A stretch of 64,000 bases of DNA from Pseudomonadota bacterium (GTDB lineage: Bacteria; Campylobacterota; Campylobacteria; Campylobacterales; Sulfurimonadaceae), in the NCBI GenBank assembly GCA_043797085.1, contig JAZDQA010000014.1:32001-96000 (forward strand), read 5' to 3'. The position numbers and the translations under genes are program-made. The notes beneath the pieces were generated by a model. That model was given only the letters and a program-made list of their open reading frames with translations, did not search any database and was not told the DNA's origin. Positions within the stretch are counted from its first letter, which is position 1, and each line of letters opens with the position of its first letter. Of this stretch, positions 1 to 10,759 are shown in pieces.

Positions 1-1
1 C

Positions 2-2128
2 AAAATATCCATTGAAGAGGTCATTTTTACTCTCCTCGCCTCTATTGTTTTGGTTAGTTTGGTTATTTACCTCTTTTTACAAAGCACGCGCGCGGCACTG
101 ATTCCTGTCCTCTCGATTCCGATTTCACTCACCGGTGCTTTTATCGGGATGTATCTTCTAGGGTATTCGATCAATACTCTTACCCTCTTTGGTCTCGTCC
201 TCGCCATCGGTATCGTCGTTGATGATGCCATCGTCGTTATCGAAAATATGGAGCGAATTTTACAGAGTGAAAAACTCTCACCCCGTGCTGCTGCGATCAA
301 AGCAATGAGCCAAATCTCAGGTCCCGTTATCGCAATTGTCTTGGTTATGTGTGCCGTTTTTGTCCCTGCAACTTTTATGGGTGGGATGACGGGACAATTG
401 TATAAACAATTTGCCGCAACGATCGCTATATCTGTTGTCTTTTCCGGCTTTATGGCGTTGACGTTTGCCCCCTCTATCGGAGCATTGATTCTCAAACATC
501 ACGAAAAAGAGCCTGCACGCTTTTTCCGCTGGTTCAATCGCATATTTGGCAAAATGACCGAAAATTATGTACGTCGTTCAGGGTGGATGATTCGTAAATC
601 ATTTATCTTTTTGATCATCTATCTCTCGACGTACTTTTTTATCGGTTTTTTCCATAAAACCCTTCCAACCGCTTTTTTACCGATGGAAGATCAGGGATAC
701 TTCATTACCGCAATTGTCCTCCCTGATGGAGCTACTGCGAACCGAACCCTCGAAGTAGTCAAACAAGTCGAAGCAATTTTGGGAGAGCAAGAGGGAGTTG
801 CCAAGTTTACCGCCATTACGGGTTTAAACATTCTCACTTTTTCACAAGAGCCAAACGCTGCGGTTATTTTTACCCGTCTCAAACCGTGGGATGAGAGAAC
901 GACTAAAGAACTGAAGATTTTTGGCATTTTAGGCTCAATCGGACCTAAACTGGGAAGCATCAAAGAGGCAAAAGTTTTCGCGATGCCTCCACCTCCGATA
1001 CGCGGGATGGGACCTTCGGATATGTTTAGTCTGCGTATTCTTCAACCCGGAGACAACAACGTTACACGCCTTTTCGAAACGACCAATACATTTTTGAATA
1101 CATTGCGAAATGAAAAAAGCATCAAAAATCCGTTTAGTACGATGAATATCACAACCCCAACCCTCGCCATCGAGGTAAATCGTGAAAAGGCCAAAATGCT
1201 CGGTCTTTCCATTGCCGATATTTTTCAAACACTCCAAGCCTCCATCGGTACCATGTATGTCAATCAGTTTGACAAAAATGGTAAAACCTACTGGGTACAA
1301 ATGCAATCCGATGCACCCTATCGTGCAACACCCGAAGATATAGGCAGAGCGTGGGTTCGTTCTTCATCAGGAGTGATGATCCCTCTCTCAAGCGTAGTGA
1401 AAGTCACCATGTCCAGCGCGCCCTCTTCTATCGAACATTTTAACGGTGTTTTGAGTACAACCGTAATGGGTTCACCTGCGCCCGGATACAGTTCAGGTGA
1501 GATTATCAAAGTGGTCGAAAATGCAGGCGATACGCTCCTGCCCAGTTCTGCAAGTTACGATTGGGATGGTCTATATCTCCAAGAAAAATTAGTCGGTTCT
1601 AAAGCAATGATTATTATGGCATTTGCTCTTATTATGGTATATTTGATTCTTGCAGCCTTATATGAGCGCTGGACACTGCCAATATCTATTATGTTGGCGG
1701 TTCCGTATGGTATTATGGGAGCGTATGCCGTAGTATGGCTTATCCCCTTTTTGAACAACAACGTCTTTTTCCAAATCGGTCTGCTAACCCTTATAGCCCT
1801 CTCGGCAAAAAATGCAATTTTGGTCGTCGAGTTTGCCGAAGAACAGCGCCATGCAGGAAAAAATATCTACGATGCAGCGATGGAAGCGGCACGACTGCGT
1901 TACCGCCCCATGATGATGACGTCCTTCGCCTTTTTGGCAGGGATGCTTCCGCTGATTTTTAGTTCAGGTGCGGGTGCAGGAGGGCGTTTTTCCATCGGGA
2001 TTGCCATGTTTGGAGGGATGTTGGCCGCAACGTTTATCGAGCGGTATTTTATCCCTTATCTGTATTACTGGGTTGCCACATTTCAAGAAAAAATAGCTCC
2101 ACACAAAGAGGTCTCTGATGAAAACTAA
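2..2128 (+). CDS. RND efflux inner-membrane permease (AcrB/CmeB family), 5'-truncated by window edge
   Basis: Frame is open from base 2 (KISIEEVIFTLL...). AcrB motifs GLVLAIGIVVDDAIVVIEN, AKNAILVVEF and RLRYRPMMMT are present. Confidence 0.95.
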   Translation, partial: KISIEEVIFTLLASIVLVSLVIYLFLQSTRAALIPVLSIPISLTGAFIGMYLLGYSINTLTLFGLVLAIGIVVDDAIVVIENMERILQSEKLSPRAAAIKAMSQISGPVIAIVLVMCAVFVPATFMGGMTGQLYKQFAATIAISVVFSGFMALTFAPSIGALILKHHEKEPARFFRWFNRIFGKMTENYVRRSGWMIRKSFIFLIIYLSTYFFIGFFHKTLPTAFLPMEDQGYFITAIVLPDGATANRTLEVVKQVEAILGEQEGVAKFTAITGLNILTFSQEPNAAVIFTRLKPWDERTTKELKIFGILGSIGPKLGSIKEAKVFAMPPPPIRGMGPSDMFSLRILQPGDNNVTRLFETTNTFLNTLRNEKSIKNPFSTMNITTPTLAIEVNREKAKMLGLSIADIFQTLQASIGTMYVNQFDKNGKTYWVQMQSDAPYRATPEDIGRAWVRSSSGVMIPLSSVVKVTMSSAPSSIEHFNGVLSTTVMGSPAPGYSSGEIIKVVENAGDTLLPSSASYDWDGLYLQEKLVGSKAMIIMAFALIMVYLILAALYERWTLPISIMLAVPYGIMGAYAVVWLIPFLNNNVFFQIGLLTLIALSAKNAILVVEFAEEQRHAGKNIYDAAMEAARLRYRPMMMTSFAFLAGMLPLIFSSGAGAGGRFSIGIAMFGGMLAATFIERYFIPYLYYWVATFQEKIAPHKEVSDEN

Positions 2129-3542
2129 TATCACTCTTTTCGCTTCTTGGGCACTTTTGCTAGGAGGATGCGCGATTGGTCCTGATTACCAACGACCCGC
2201 AACCGTTACTCCCGATGCCTTTCGTTACAGCGAAACCAACCAAAGTATTCCCATAAACGCCGCATGGTGGAAAAGCTTCAACGATGAGCAACTCACCAAA
2301 AATATTGACCAAGCACTCATTAACAACTTTGATCTTCTGAGTGCAGACGCTTCGGTGGAAGCAATGCTTGGAAAATTTGATACAGCTAAATCTTATCTTT
2401 ATCCCCAAATCAACGCAAATGGCTCATTAACACGTCAAGGCGTTAGCTCAACGGATACCTATCAGCTAAGAGATGGAGTCACGTCCACCTACGCAGCCAA
2501 CCTTTCCCTTACCAGCTATGAGATTGATCTTTTCGGAAGGGTTCGCCGTGCGAATGAAGCTGTACGTGCCCAATTGCTCGCCACAGAATTTTCACGCCAG
2601 ACGTTGCGTATTGCTATTAGCACAAACGTCGCGGCTTCGTATATTAGACTCTCTTCGCTAGAGTCTCAAAGCAAACTGGCGCATGAAAACATGAAAGCTT
2701 CGGAAGAGATCTATAATCTCAATGCGTTAAAATATAAGTACGGTACGATTGCACAAACCATTTTATTGCAATCGCAATCAGAACTCCAAAGCGCCAAAGC
2801 AACATTCTCTCAATTGCAAGCTTCTAAAATTGGTGAAGAAGCAACCTTCAATCTCCTCTTAAGCCGTAATCCTAGAAATGTAGCCACCACACCCCTTGAT
2901 AAAATTACTCTTCCAGCGTTGCCAACTGCCCTTCCATCAGAAATATTGCAACATCGTCCGGATATTGCTCTCGTAGAACAAAACCTCATCGCTGCCAATG
3001 CGAAAATAGGTATCGCTCGTGCAGCATATTATCCCAGTATCCAGCTAACGGGCATGGCAGGGATACAGAGTCTGGATCTGCAAAATTTTACATCGAGTCC
3101 TACAACATTATGGAAAATACTCCCTACTATATCTGTCCCTATCTTTGCCGCAGGACGAATTAAAGGAGAGATAAAAACCGCTGAAGCAGAACACAATCAA
3201 AGCCTTGCAAACTATCAAAAAGCGATTGTCAATGCCTTCAATGATGCCGATAATGCCATCGGACAAAATGCCAAAGCACAAGAACAGCTCCTCTATCAAA
3301 AAGAACGCAGCAATGCCATAAAAACGGCATTTGAACAATCAAAACTCCGTTATAACGCGGGTACTATCGCATATAACGATTTACTCATCATTCAACAACA
3401 ATGGATTAACGCACAGCAAAGTTATTTGCTCGCGAAACAAAACACATTGATTTCAACCGTTAATTTATACAAAGCATTTGGGGGAGGATGGGACAACAAC
3501 CAAAATATCCCTATCCCGAATATGTTGCCTGCTGGACGTTAA
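2118..3542 (+). CDS. Outer-membrane efflux lipoprotein (NodT/OprM/CmeC family)
   Basis: Lipobox LLGGC, YEIDLFGRVRR, RPDI...E and C-terminal LYKAFGGGW. Overlaps the RND gene. Confidence 0.93.
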   Translation: MKTNITLFASWALLLGGCAIGPDYQRPATVTPDAFRYSETNQSIPINAAWWKSFNDEQLTKNIDQALINNFDLLSADASVEAMLGKFDTAKSYLYPQINANGSLTRQGVSSTDTYQLRDGVTSTYAANLSLTSYEIDLFGRVRRANEAVRAQLLATEFSRQTLRIAISTNVAASYIRLSSLESQSKLAHENMKASEEIYNLNALKYKYGTIAQTILLQSQSELQSAKATFSQLQASKIGEEATFNLLLSRNPRNVATTPLDKITLPALPTALPSEILQHRPDIALVEQNLIAANAKIGIARAAYYPSIQLTGMAGIQSLDLQNFTSSPTTLWKILPTISVPIFAAGRIKGEIKTAEAEHNQSLANYQKAIVNAFNDADNAIGQNAKAQEQLLYQKERSNAIKTAFEQSKLRYNAGTIAYNDLLIIQQQWINAQQSYLLAKQNTLISTVNLYKAFGGGWDNNQNIPIPNMLPAGR

Positions 3543-3551
3543 CAATCGCTC

Positions 3552-3926
3552 TTAAACAAGAGCGATAGCATCGATTTCAAGCAATGCATTTTTAGGAAGG
3601 GTTTTAACGGCAACAGTAGATCGAGCAGGCTTGTGATCCCCAAAAGCAGTTGCATACAATTCATTAACCGCCACAAAATCATTCATATCATCTAAAAATA
3701 TCGTTGTTTTAACCACTTTATCCAATGAACTTCCCGCCGCTTCCAAAACTGCTTTTAAATTCGACAATACTTGAGCACACTGCTCTTTGACATCACCGGT
3801 AAGCATCTCACCACTTGGCGTGAGAGCAATTTGACCCGATGTAAATACCATACCATTGGCGATCATCGCTTGAGAATATGGCCCGATTGCCGCAGGAGCA
3901 TTAGGAGTTTGAACACTTTTCATCAT
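3552..3926 (-). CDS. ridA: RidA/YjgF family reactive intermediate deaminase
   Basis: [19 protein letters not shown] and LEIDAIA motifs. Confidence 0.92.
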   Translation of the reverse strand: MMKSVQTPNAPAAIGPYSQAMIANGMVFTSGQIALTPSGEMLTGDVKEQCAQVLSNLKAVLEAAGSSLDKVVKTTIFLDDMNDFVAVNELYATAFGDHKPARSTVAVKTLPKNALLEIDAIALV

Positions 3927-3937
3927 ATTTTAAACCT

Positions 3938-4336
3938 TTATTTTTTGTATTTTAGAAGAGCATCATCAAGAACAGAATTATAATCTTCTGTTCCCCAAAA
4001 CCCAGGGATTGAATAGAGTATTTTACCGTTACGAGGATCGATAAAATAACTCATTGGAACCATTTTTGCACTTAAATTTTTAGGATAAATGCTTTTATCT
4101 TTCGTTACATTAACCGCCTGAAACGAGAGATTGATACGCGACACAATCTCATCATCTTGAAGCGTAGTAGATTCAAGCTTACGGCACCATCGGCACGTCT
4201 CACTCGTAATAAGCACCATCAGAGGCTTTCCCTCTTTTTTAGCTTTGACAAGAGCTTGATCGTATGAATTGTTCCAGACTATCTCTGCCCCAAAAGCGCT
4301 GATAGTGAGTAAAATCACTCCTAATAGTTTTTTCAT
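3938..4336 (-). CDS. Exported thioredoxin-fold protein (SoxW-like)
   Basis: Signal peptide, CRWC motif and the ALVKAKKEGKPLM pattern. Confidence 0.8.
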   Translation of the reverse strand: MKKLLGVILLTISAFGAEIVWNNSYDQALVKAKKEGKPLMVLITSETCRWCRKLESTTLQDDEIVSRINLSFQAVNVTKDKSIYPKNLSAKMVPMSYFIDPRNGKILYSIPGFWGTEDYNSVLDDALLKYKK

Positions 4337-4363
4337 AATTTTCCTTTAAAGATCACTATTTTA

Positions 4364-5458
4364 TCAAAATCGTTTTATTAATAAACTAAAAATTTTATAC
4401 AAGTCCTGAACTTCAATAACAGTTGTTCGCTCATTGGGAGCATGAATAGTGTCATTTATCACACCAAATTCAATCACATCGATACCATACGATGCCACAA
4501 AACGTGCATCCGATGTTCCCCCTGCTGTTGAATGTTTTGGGATTATTGCACGCACTTCTTGTATGCATTCGCTCAGCGTTCGAACAATATGCGTGTTGGC
4601 ATCGGTCACAAAAGGGACAGCAGATTGATCGAGACTAAGCGTATAATCTAGCCCTTTGCACTGTTCTTCAATGAATATTTCTATCTTTTTCTTATCCGTT
4701 TTAGTCGAATTACGGACATTAAACATCATTTTAAGCTTTCCGGGAGAAACATTCGTTGTCTCGATACCGGAGCGGATGTCCGTAACAACCAACTGTGATG
4801 GAGCAAAATACGCATCTCCTTCGTCCAAAAAAGCTCCTGCAATGTTTGCTAAAATAGGTGCAATCTGGTGAATAGGATTGATCGCTTTTTCCGGATAAGC
4901 GGCATGACCCTGTTTCCCGTGAATTTCCAAAACTCCATTAATAGAACCTCTGCGTCCGACCTTAATAGCATCACCAAACACTTCCTCACATGTTGGTTCT
5001 GCAACCACCACGGCATCAGGAAGTAAATTATGCTCTTTTAAATATTTTAATACTTCAATCGTTCCAAACTTCGCCGGTCCCTCTTCATCGGACGTTAATA
5101 AAAGTGATAACATCCCATTAAACTCCTTTATTTCTTTAAGAGCTTGAACAAAGGCGCTGACTCCGCTTTTCATATCCTGTGCACCGCGTCCATAAATATA
5201 TCCATCTATTTCAGTAGCCGCATAAGGATCACTATTCCACCCCTCTCCAGCGGGAACTACATCGACGTGCCCTGCGAAACAAAGATGTTTACCCTCTCCA
5301 AAACGACGATACGCAAAAAGATTTTTAACCCCTTCCACATCCATACGAACAGAAGTAAAACCCTCCAGATACTGCTCTACAAATTCAAGTATCCCGCCAT
5401 CCTCAGGAGTTTGACTTTTTGAGCTGATTAATTTTTTAAAAAGTTCAATAACATCCAA
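4364..5458 (-). CDS. dapE: Succinyl-diaminopimelate desuccinylase
   Basis: FAGHVDVVP, GRGAQDMK, TSDEEG, GRRGS, GGTSDARF and TIHAPNE motifs. Confidence 0.93.
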   Translation of the reverse strand: MDVIELFKKLISSKSQTPEDGGILEFVEQYLEGFTSVRMDVEGVKNLFAYRRFGEGKHLCFAGHVDVVPAGEGWNSDPYAATEIDGYIYGRGAQDMKSGVSAFVQALKEIKEFNGMLSLLLTSDEEGPAKFGTIEVLKYLKEHNLLPDAVVVAEPTCEEVFGDAIKVGRRGSINGVLEIHGKQGHAAYPEKAINPIHQIAPILANIAGAFLDEGDAYFAPSQLVVTDIRSGIETTNVSPGKLKMMFNVRNSTKTDKKKIEIFIEEQCKGLDYTLSLDQSAVPFVTDANTHIVRTLSECIQEVRAIIPKHSTAGGTSDARFVASYGIDVIEFGVINDTIHAPNERTTVIEVQDLYKIFSLLIKRF

Positions 5459-5634
5459 AATTTATCCTTACAATATCTGTTTCATAAAGGTGCAATTATA
5501 AACGGTAACCGATTGATTTTGCCTTTGATGTGCTAAAATGAGAAAAATATAATATTTTTAAAGAAAATTATTTTTTGATTTGGTTATACTTATATTTTGA
5601 AACTTAAATTTTTTGCGCCCTAAGGACTTTAATA

Positions 5635-6048
5635 ATGAAACGACCTGCCCCAGTTGATCAAGAAATACTTTTTGATGGACGAAGTCTCATCTCCGAAACC
5701 GACACCAAAGGGATTATCACTTTTGTAAATCGTAAATTCACCGAAATGACTCTCTACAGCAAAGAAGAAGCGATTGGTCAACCTCACAGTTTACTGCGTC
5801 ATCCGGATATGCCCAAAGCCGCCTTTGCCGGAATGTGGAAAATCATTGAAAGCGGAAAAACATGGGAAGGATATGTCAAAAATCTTCGAAAAGATGGAAA
5901 ATACTACTGGGTTGTTGTTAATATCGTCCCAAAACTTGATGAAGAAGGTGGCGTTGTTGGCTACATTGCTTCTCGTAAAATGCCGGATCGAAGCCGCCTT
6001 AAAACCATCATTAACCAGTATCAGCAAATGATAGACGAAGAGAACTAG
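5635..6048 (+). CDS. Stand-alone Aer-type PAS domain protein (CetB-like)
   Basis: SETDTKGII, GQPHSLLRHPDMP and WEGYVKNLRKDGKYYWV match the FAD-binding Aer PAS pattern. Confidence 0.85.
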   Translation: MKRPAPVDQEILFDGRSLISETDTKGIITFVNRKFTEMTLYSKEEAIGQPHSLLRHPDMPKAAFAGMWKIIESGKTWEGYVKNLRKDGKYYWVVVNIVPKLDEEGGVVGYIASRKMPDRSRLKTIINQYQQMIDEEN

Positions 6049-6323
6049 TTCTCTTCTTTTAATAAAATAGAAATGTCATTCATGGCAAGAAAAAGCTGTT
6101 CTTTCGTTTCAAACTGTATTTCGATGCGATTAACAGGAACCTCTCCCGCTGGATCAAAATCACAAATCAAGACATACGCTTCAAGAACAATCTTATCTTC
6201 TTTCATTTGTGCCCATTCCAAAGAAACCGATGCTCTCTCTCCTCCGGCACTGATAAGAGCTGCCGGATAGAGCCGTGTTACTTTTCCAAGATCGATTTCA
6301 TATTGTTTGTATTTATATATCAT
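6045..6323 (-). CDS. Hypothetical protein
   Basis: 92 aa ORF translationally coupled (ATGA overlap) to the upstream MFS gene. Confidence 0.6.
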   Translation of the reverse strand: MIYKYKQYEIDLGKVTRLYPAALISAGGERASVSLEWAQMKEDKIVLEAYVLICDFDPAGEVPVNRIEIQFETKEQLFLAMNDISILLKEEN

Positions 6324-7531
6324 TGGTTTCCAATCTCTTTTAAACTATAGTTCGAACGAATCCACTTGTAATAAAGAGCCGCAACAGCAAAAGCGCTTCC
6401 TAAAATAAAAGCAATCACCCCAAGCCCAAACTGTTGATCAACTAAAAAGCCAATGAGCAAGGAAACCAGCCCTCCTGTCGCTAAAAAGATCATATCATTA
6501 TAGGCAACCACCCGCCCATAATAGTCATAATGCGTATGTTCCTGCAAAAGCGTATATGTATATGACCACAATGTAGTCGTCACCAATCCAACCAGTACCG
6601 AAGCCACTAAAGATATATAAAAATATTCAATAACAATACCCCAAAAAATAATTGCAAGAGCTTCTGCAATCAGCAAAAATTTAAGCCGATGCAGATTAAC
6701 CCATTCCCCCAATAATAATGGTCCAATGGTTAGTCCGATAGCTCTAAACGCATTCACTAGCCCAATACCCAGAGATACAGCTACAATACTGGTGTAATAC
6801 TTTTCCACGCTCAGCACCACCAAAGCGTCAAAAGCCGTAAATCCAACCACTGCGTGCAGAAGCATTAAATGCATTACGATAGGCTCACGTTGAATGTAGC
6901 GAAAGGCATCTCCCATCATTGTCAAAAAACGTTCGTTATTTTTCTTTATTTCAATCTCGATTTTTAGTATAAGCACGAGACTTAAAACGACGATAAAAAG
7001 TACTGCGTCCAATAAAAAAGCATACGTAGTCCCAATATAATAGACCACAGCACCACCCAGTGCCATTCCAAACGTATACGAAAAAGACCAAATGATTGAG
7101 TGAATTTCATTAGCATATTGCAATGCTTTACCTTCTACAATTTTTGGCAATAAGGACATTTCAACCGTAAATTGAAAACTTGCAGCTCCCATGCGAATGA
7201 ATACCAGCAGATATAGCCACCCAAGCATGGACACGTCTTCAATACTAATTAACGACACCGTAGCCACAATTTCTGTAATAGTCAGGAAGATCATCAGTCT
7301 TTTAGGGGAAATTCGATCAATAATAACACCGCTCAAAGGGGCTTGAAGCACTCCGGCAAAAAAATGAAGCGCTGCTACAAAAGCAATTGTTGATGCATTC
7401 ACATGCAACTGTATCAGCAACGTATAAATAGCCACATTGCTAAACCAAGCACCAAAATAGGCGATAAGCTGAATAAGTGAAAGCCTCGCAAGTAAAGGCT
7501 CTTGCAATAATAAATTCCAGTATCGTTTCAT
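6320..7531 (-). CDS. MFS transporter
   Basis: About 12 hydrophobic segments; motif A-like SGVIIDRISPKR. Confidence 0.88.
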   Translation of the reverse strand: MKRYWNLLLQEPLLARLSLIQLIAYFGAWFSNVAIYTLLIQLHVNASTIAFVAALHFFAGVLQAPLSGVIIDRISPKRLMIFLTITEIVATVSLISIEDVSMLGWLYLLVFIRMGAASFQFTVEMSLLPKIVEGKALQYANEIHSIIWSFSYTFGMALGGAVVYYIGTTYAFLLDAVLFIVVLSLVLILKIEIEIKKNNERFLTMMGDAFRYIQREPIVMHLMLLHAVVGFTAFDALVVLSVEKYYTSIVAVSLGIGLVNAFRAIGLTIGPLLLGEWVNLHRLKFLLIAEALAIIFWGIVIEYFYISLVASVLVGLVTTTLWSYTYTLLQEHTHYDYYGRVVAYNDMIFLATGGLVSLLIGFLVDQQFGLGVIAFILGSAFAVAALYYKWIRSNYSLKEIGNQ

Positions 7532-7567
7532 AATCGCAAGAGTATCATAAAAAATTAATCACAAAAT

Positions 7568-7594
7568 TAAAGTTTTTATTTTTTATGGCGATTT
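7568..7594 (+). promoter_or_regulatory. Sigma28 (FliA) promoter of flaG
   Basis: TAAA(7568-7571)-N15-GGCGATTT(7587-7594) against the consensus TAAA-N15-GCCGATAA, upstream of flaG. Confidence 0.75.
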
Positions 7595-7638
7595 AGCTTA
7601 TAATAAATTGCTTTGAATGAAGCGCAAGGAGATTTCAG

Positions 7639-8028
7639 ATGGAAATATTACAGTCAACTGCAAAGATGCAACAATCTCAAATGAATACAGTGAAAGTTGC
7701 TCAAACGCAATCAGCACAGAGTGTACAAGATATACAAAAGACACAAATTCATCAAGAAAAATTGGCTCAGCAAGAGACAAGTGCCAAAAGTGAAAAAGTA
7801 GGTTCTCAAGAACAAATGGACAAACTCATTGACCAGCTTAACCGCTCACTCGATCCGTTTAGCACATCATTACGCTTTGGCTTTGACAATACATCTGATG
7901 ATTTTTATGTTTCCGTCATTGATACACAGCGTAATCAAGTACTAAGACGTTTCCCGCTTGAGCAAGCAGAGCAATTGTTACCTAAAATGCAAGAAGTAAC
8001 GGGATTACTTTTCGATCATAAAGGTTAA
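7639..8028 (+). CDS. flaG: Flagellar protein FlaG
   Basis: C-terminal LRFGFD...VSVID...VLRRFP...GLLFD pattern; flagellar context. Confidence 0.88.
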   Translation: MEILQSTAKMQQSQMNTVKVAQTQSAQSVQDIQKTQIHQEKLAQQETSAKSEKVGSQEQMDKLIDQLNRSLDPFSTSLRFGFDNTSDDFYVSVIDTQRNQVLRRFPLEQAEQLLPKMQEVTGLLFDHKG

Positions 8029-8078
8029 ACGCCACTTCTTTAAAACTGTATTACTGTAAAATATTCAAGGAATTCATT

Positions 8079-8456
8079 ATGTACAATAACAATTTAGCCT
8101 ATAACACTTATACTCAAAATAATGTCGGAGTAGAATCACCTGAAAAATTAATTCAGATGATGTACGAAGGAATTTTACGCTTCAATATGCAAGCGAAGCG
8201 CTCTATTAACGAAGGAGATATTGAACGACAAACCTATTGGATTAATCGATCAAATGCAGTATTCGCTGAACTTATTAACATTCTTGATTATTCACAAGGT
8301 GATGTTGCTCATTATTTATCAGGACTGTATCATCACCAGTTACGACTTTTAATTGAGGCAAATATTCAAAATAATTCTGAAAAACTTGATGAAGTTAATC
8401 GTGTGATGAAAGGGCTTTTGGAAGCATGGAGAGAAAATGTCACTATGGCTCAATGA
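8079..8456 (+). CDS. fliS: Flagellin chaperone FliS
   Basis: AYNTY..NNV..ESPEKLIQMMYEG and LLEAW motifs. Confidence 0.93.
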   Translation: MYNNNLAYNTYTQNNVGVESPEKLIQMMYEGILRFNMQAKRSINEGDIERQTYWINRSNAVFAELINILDYSQGDVAHYLSGLYHHQLRLLIEANIQNNSEKLDEVNRVMKGLLEAWRENVTMAQ

Positions 8457-8697
8457 ACTTAAAAAAGCAATTATTCTTAAAGATATATCAAAACTAGAAT
8501 TATTATTAGACCAAACGCCTCAATTTTCGTCTCTTCAGGAGATGGAAGAGACGGCTTATCTTCTTTATAACGCAAAAATATTTTTAGAAAGCGAACGCTC
8601 GCTGACCCTTCATTCACTCTCACAACTCAAAAAGACCCTTGATTTTCTCAAAGCAACTGAAAATCCAACTTCTTCTTCCGTCAATCTCAAACTTTAA
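8437..8697 (+). CDS. Small helical protein downstream of fliS (possible FliT-like)
   Basis: 86 aa, overlaps the fliS end; position matches the conserved post-fliS gene in Campylobacterota. Confidence 0.6.
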   Translation: MSLWLNELKKAIILKDISKLELLLDQTPQFSSLQEMEETAYLLYNAKIFLESERSLTLHSLSQLKKTLDFLKATENPTSSSVNLKL

Positions 8698-8717
8698 CCG
8701 TTATCTCATCTATTTTT

Positions 8718-8726
8718 TGCTAAAAT
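8718..8726 (+). promoter_or_regulatory. Extended -10 (TGnTAAAAT) sigma70-type promoter upstream of argG
   Basis: TGCTAAAAT about 47 nt before the argG start. Confidence 0.55.
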
Positions 8727-8772
8727 CGCCCCATTTACTTCACGTACGTGGAAAATATACTCATAGGATAGA

Positions 8773-9993
8773 ATGATGAAAAAAGAGGTTAAAAAAGTCG
8801 TACTCGCATATTCAGGCGGTTTGGATACCAGCGTTATCCTCAAATGGCTTCAAGATGAATATCAATGTGAAGTTGTCACCTTTACTGCTGATATTGGGCA
8901 AGGTGAAGAGGTAGAACCGGCTCGTGCAAAAGCAATTAGCCTTGGTATCAAACCGGAAAACATCTACATCGAAGATCTCCGTGAAGAATTTGTCCGTGAT
9001 TACGTCTTCCCAATGTTTCGTGCCAACGCTATTTATGAGGGTGAATACCTTCTTGGAACATCCATCGCACGTCCGCTTATTGCCAAGCGTCAAGCAGAAA
9101 TTGCTCGCATTACCGGAGCCGATGCCGTCAGTCACGGCGCAACCGGAAAAGGAAATGACCAAGTCCGTTTTGAAATGGGCTATTTGGGACAAAACAGTGC
9201 CTTAACCATCATTGCTCCATGGCGCGAATGGGACCTTAATTCACGAGAAAAACTCCTAGCCTATGCAGCAGAGCATGGCATTAAAATTGAAATGAGCGGA
9301 ACCAAATCTCCGTATTCAATGGATGCGAATCTCTTGCATATTTCATATGAAGGGGGAATCCTCGAAGATCCTGCATCAGAGCCTGAAGAGAGTATGTGGC
9401 GCTGGACAAGTTCCCCTGAAAATGCTCCGGATGAAGCGGAATATATTGAACTAGGGTACGAAAAAGGTGATCCAATCAGCCTAAATGGCAAATCTCTTTC
9501 TCCTGCTGTGATGTTAGAACAGCTCAACATTATCGCAGGTCGTCATGGAATCGGACGCGCGGACATCGTCGAAAACCGTTTTGTCGGGATGAAAAGTCGC
9601 GGATGTTATGAAACACCTGGCGGAACCGTGATGCTCAAAGCGCACCGTGCTATCGAATCATTAACCCTAGATCGTGAAGAAGCGCACCTAAAAGACGAGC
9701 TTATGCCTCGTTATGCAAAACTTATTTATAATGGTTTTTGGTTTGCTCCGGAGCGTGAAATGCTGCAAGCTGCTATCGATAAAACACAGCAAAACGTTCG
9801 CGGTACCGTTCGATTGAAACTCTATAAAGGTAATATTATGGTTGTCGGACGCAGCTCTGACATCTCTCTCTTTAACCCTGAATACTGCACCTTTGAAGAA
9901 GATTCTGTTTATGATCAAAAAGATGCCGGCGGTTTCATAAAACTCAATGCATTACGCTTCATTATTGCCGGTAAAGCACGAAAAAATAAATAA
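8773..9993 (+). CDS. argG: Argininosuccinate synthase
   Basis: [23 protein letters not shown] and SRGCYETPG. Confidence 0.97.
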   Translation: MMKKEVKKVVLAYSGGLDTSVILKWLQDEYQCEVVTFTADIGQGEEVEPARAKAISLGIKPENIYIEDLREEFVRDYVFPMFRANAIYEGEYLLGTSIARPLIAKRQAEIARITGADAVSHGATGKGNDQVRFEMGYLGQNSALTIIAPWREWDLNSREKLLAYAAEHGIKIEMSGTKSPYSMDANLLHISYEGGILEDPASEPEESMWRWTSSPENAPDEAEYIELGYEKGDPISLNGKSLSPAVMLEQLNIIAGRHGIGRADIVENRFVGMKSRGCYETPGGTVMLKAHRAIESLTLDREEAHLKDELMPRYAKLIYNGFWFAPEREMLQAAIDKTQQNVRGTVRLKLYKGNIMVVGRSSDISLFNPEYCTFEEDSVYDQKDAGGFIKLNALRFIIAGKARKNK

Positions 9994-10005
9994 AGGATAA
10001 AAGAG

Positions 10006-10746
10006 ATGAGTATTATCAAAATAGACATGAATTCTCCTGAATTTCAGGCTGAACTTGAAAAAACAATTAAATTTACAGATAAAGTTGTCAATCAATTTAA
10101 CTGGGTTTATAATCCTCATTCTGAGATTAACGAGGGAGTCCAAATGGGACTTGCTCGTAATAAAATGATGTATAACAAACGATTTTGCCCATGCTATATG
10201 GTTGAAGAAGTTGATGGTGTTTACAAAAGCAGCGATAACAGACTCTGTCCATGTACACCTGCTATTGAAAAAGAGATTCCCCAAGAGGGAGTCTGCCACT
10301 GTCAAATTTTCTGTACGCCGGAATATGCGGCATCTTTAATGAAATCAGAAGAGATTGAAACCATTACCCATCAACATTCACGCGGTCTTACAACCGAAGA
10401 ATGCGAATTTTTACTTCAAAAAAGAAACATCGATGCAGATGAATTAACTTCTCTCTTCGAAGCACGTGAGCTTGGAATGGTTAGTTTTAAAATGGTCGAT
10501 GTACGTGAATGGATGGAATGGAAATCTGGTCGCATTGAAGGGGCTGATGTCCTAATCCCAACCAGCAGTTTTTTTCAAACGCTTAATGAAGCTGAACTCA
10601 AAAATAATGAGAACATTATTGTCTACTGTCACGTTGGCAGCCGAAGTGCTCACTGTCAACGCATCCTAACCGATATGGGCTTTACAAAAGTCTCCAACCT
10701 CGCACATGGAATTGTTGGTTATAACGGCAAAATCATTCGCGGCTAA
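10006..10746 (+). CDS. Ferredoxin:thioredoxin reductase catalytic-domain / rhodanese fusion
   Basis: N-terminal CPC...CPC...CHC motifs; C-terminal DVRE..EW..GRI and YCHVGSRS rhodanese loop. Confidence 0.85.
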   Translation: MSIIKIDMNSPEFQAELEKTIKFTDKVVNQFNWVYNPHSEINEGVQMGLARNKMMYNKRFCPCYMVEEVDGVYKSSDNRLCPCTPAIEKEIPQEGVCHCQIFCTPEYAASLMKSEEIETITHQHSRGLTTEECEFLLQKRNIDADELTSLFEARELGMVSFKMVDVREWMEWKSGRIEGADVLIPTSSFFQTLNEAELKNNENIIVYCHVGSRSAHCQRILTDMGFTKVSNLAHGIVGYNGKIIRG

Positions 10747-10759
10747 TTCAAGGAGTGTC

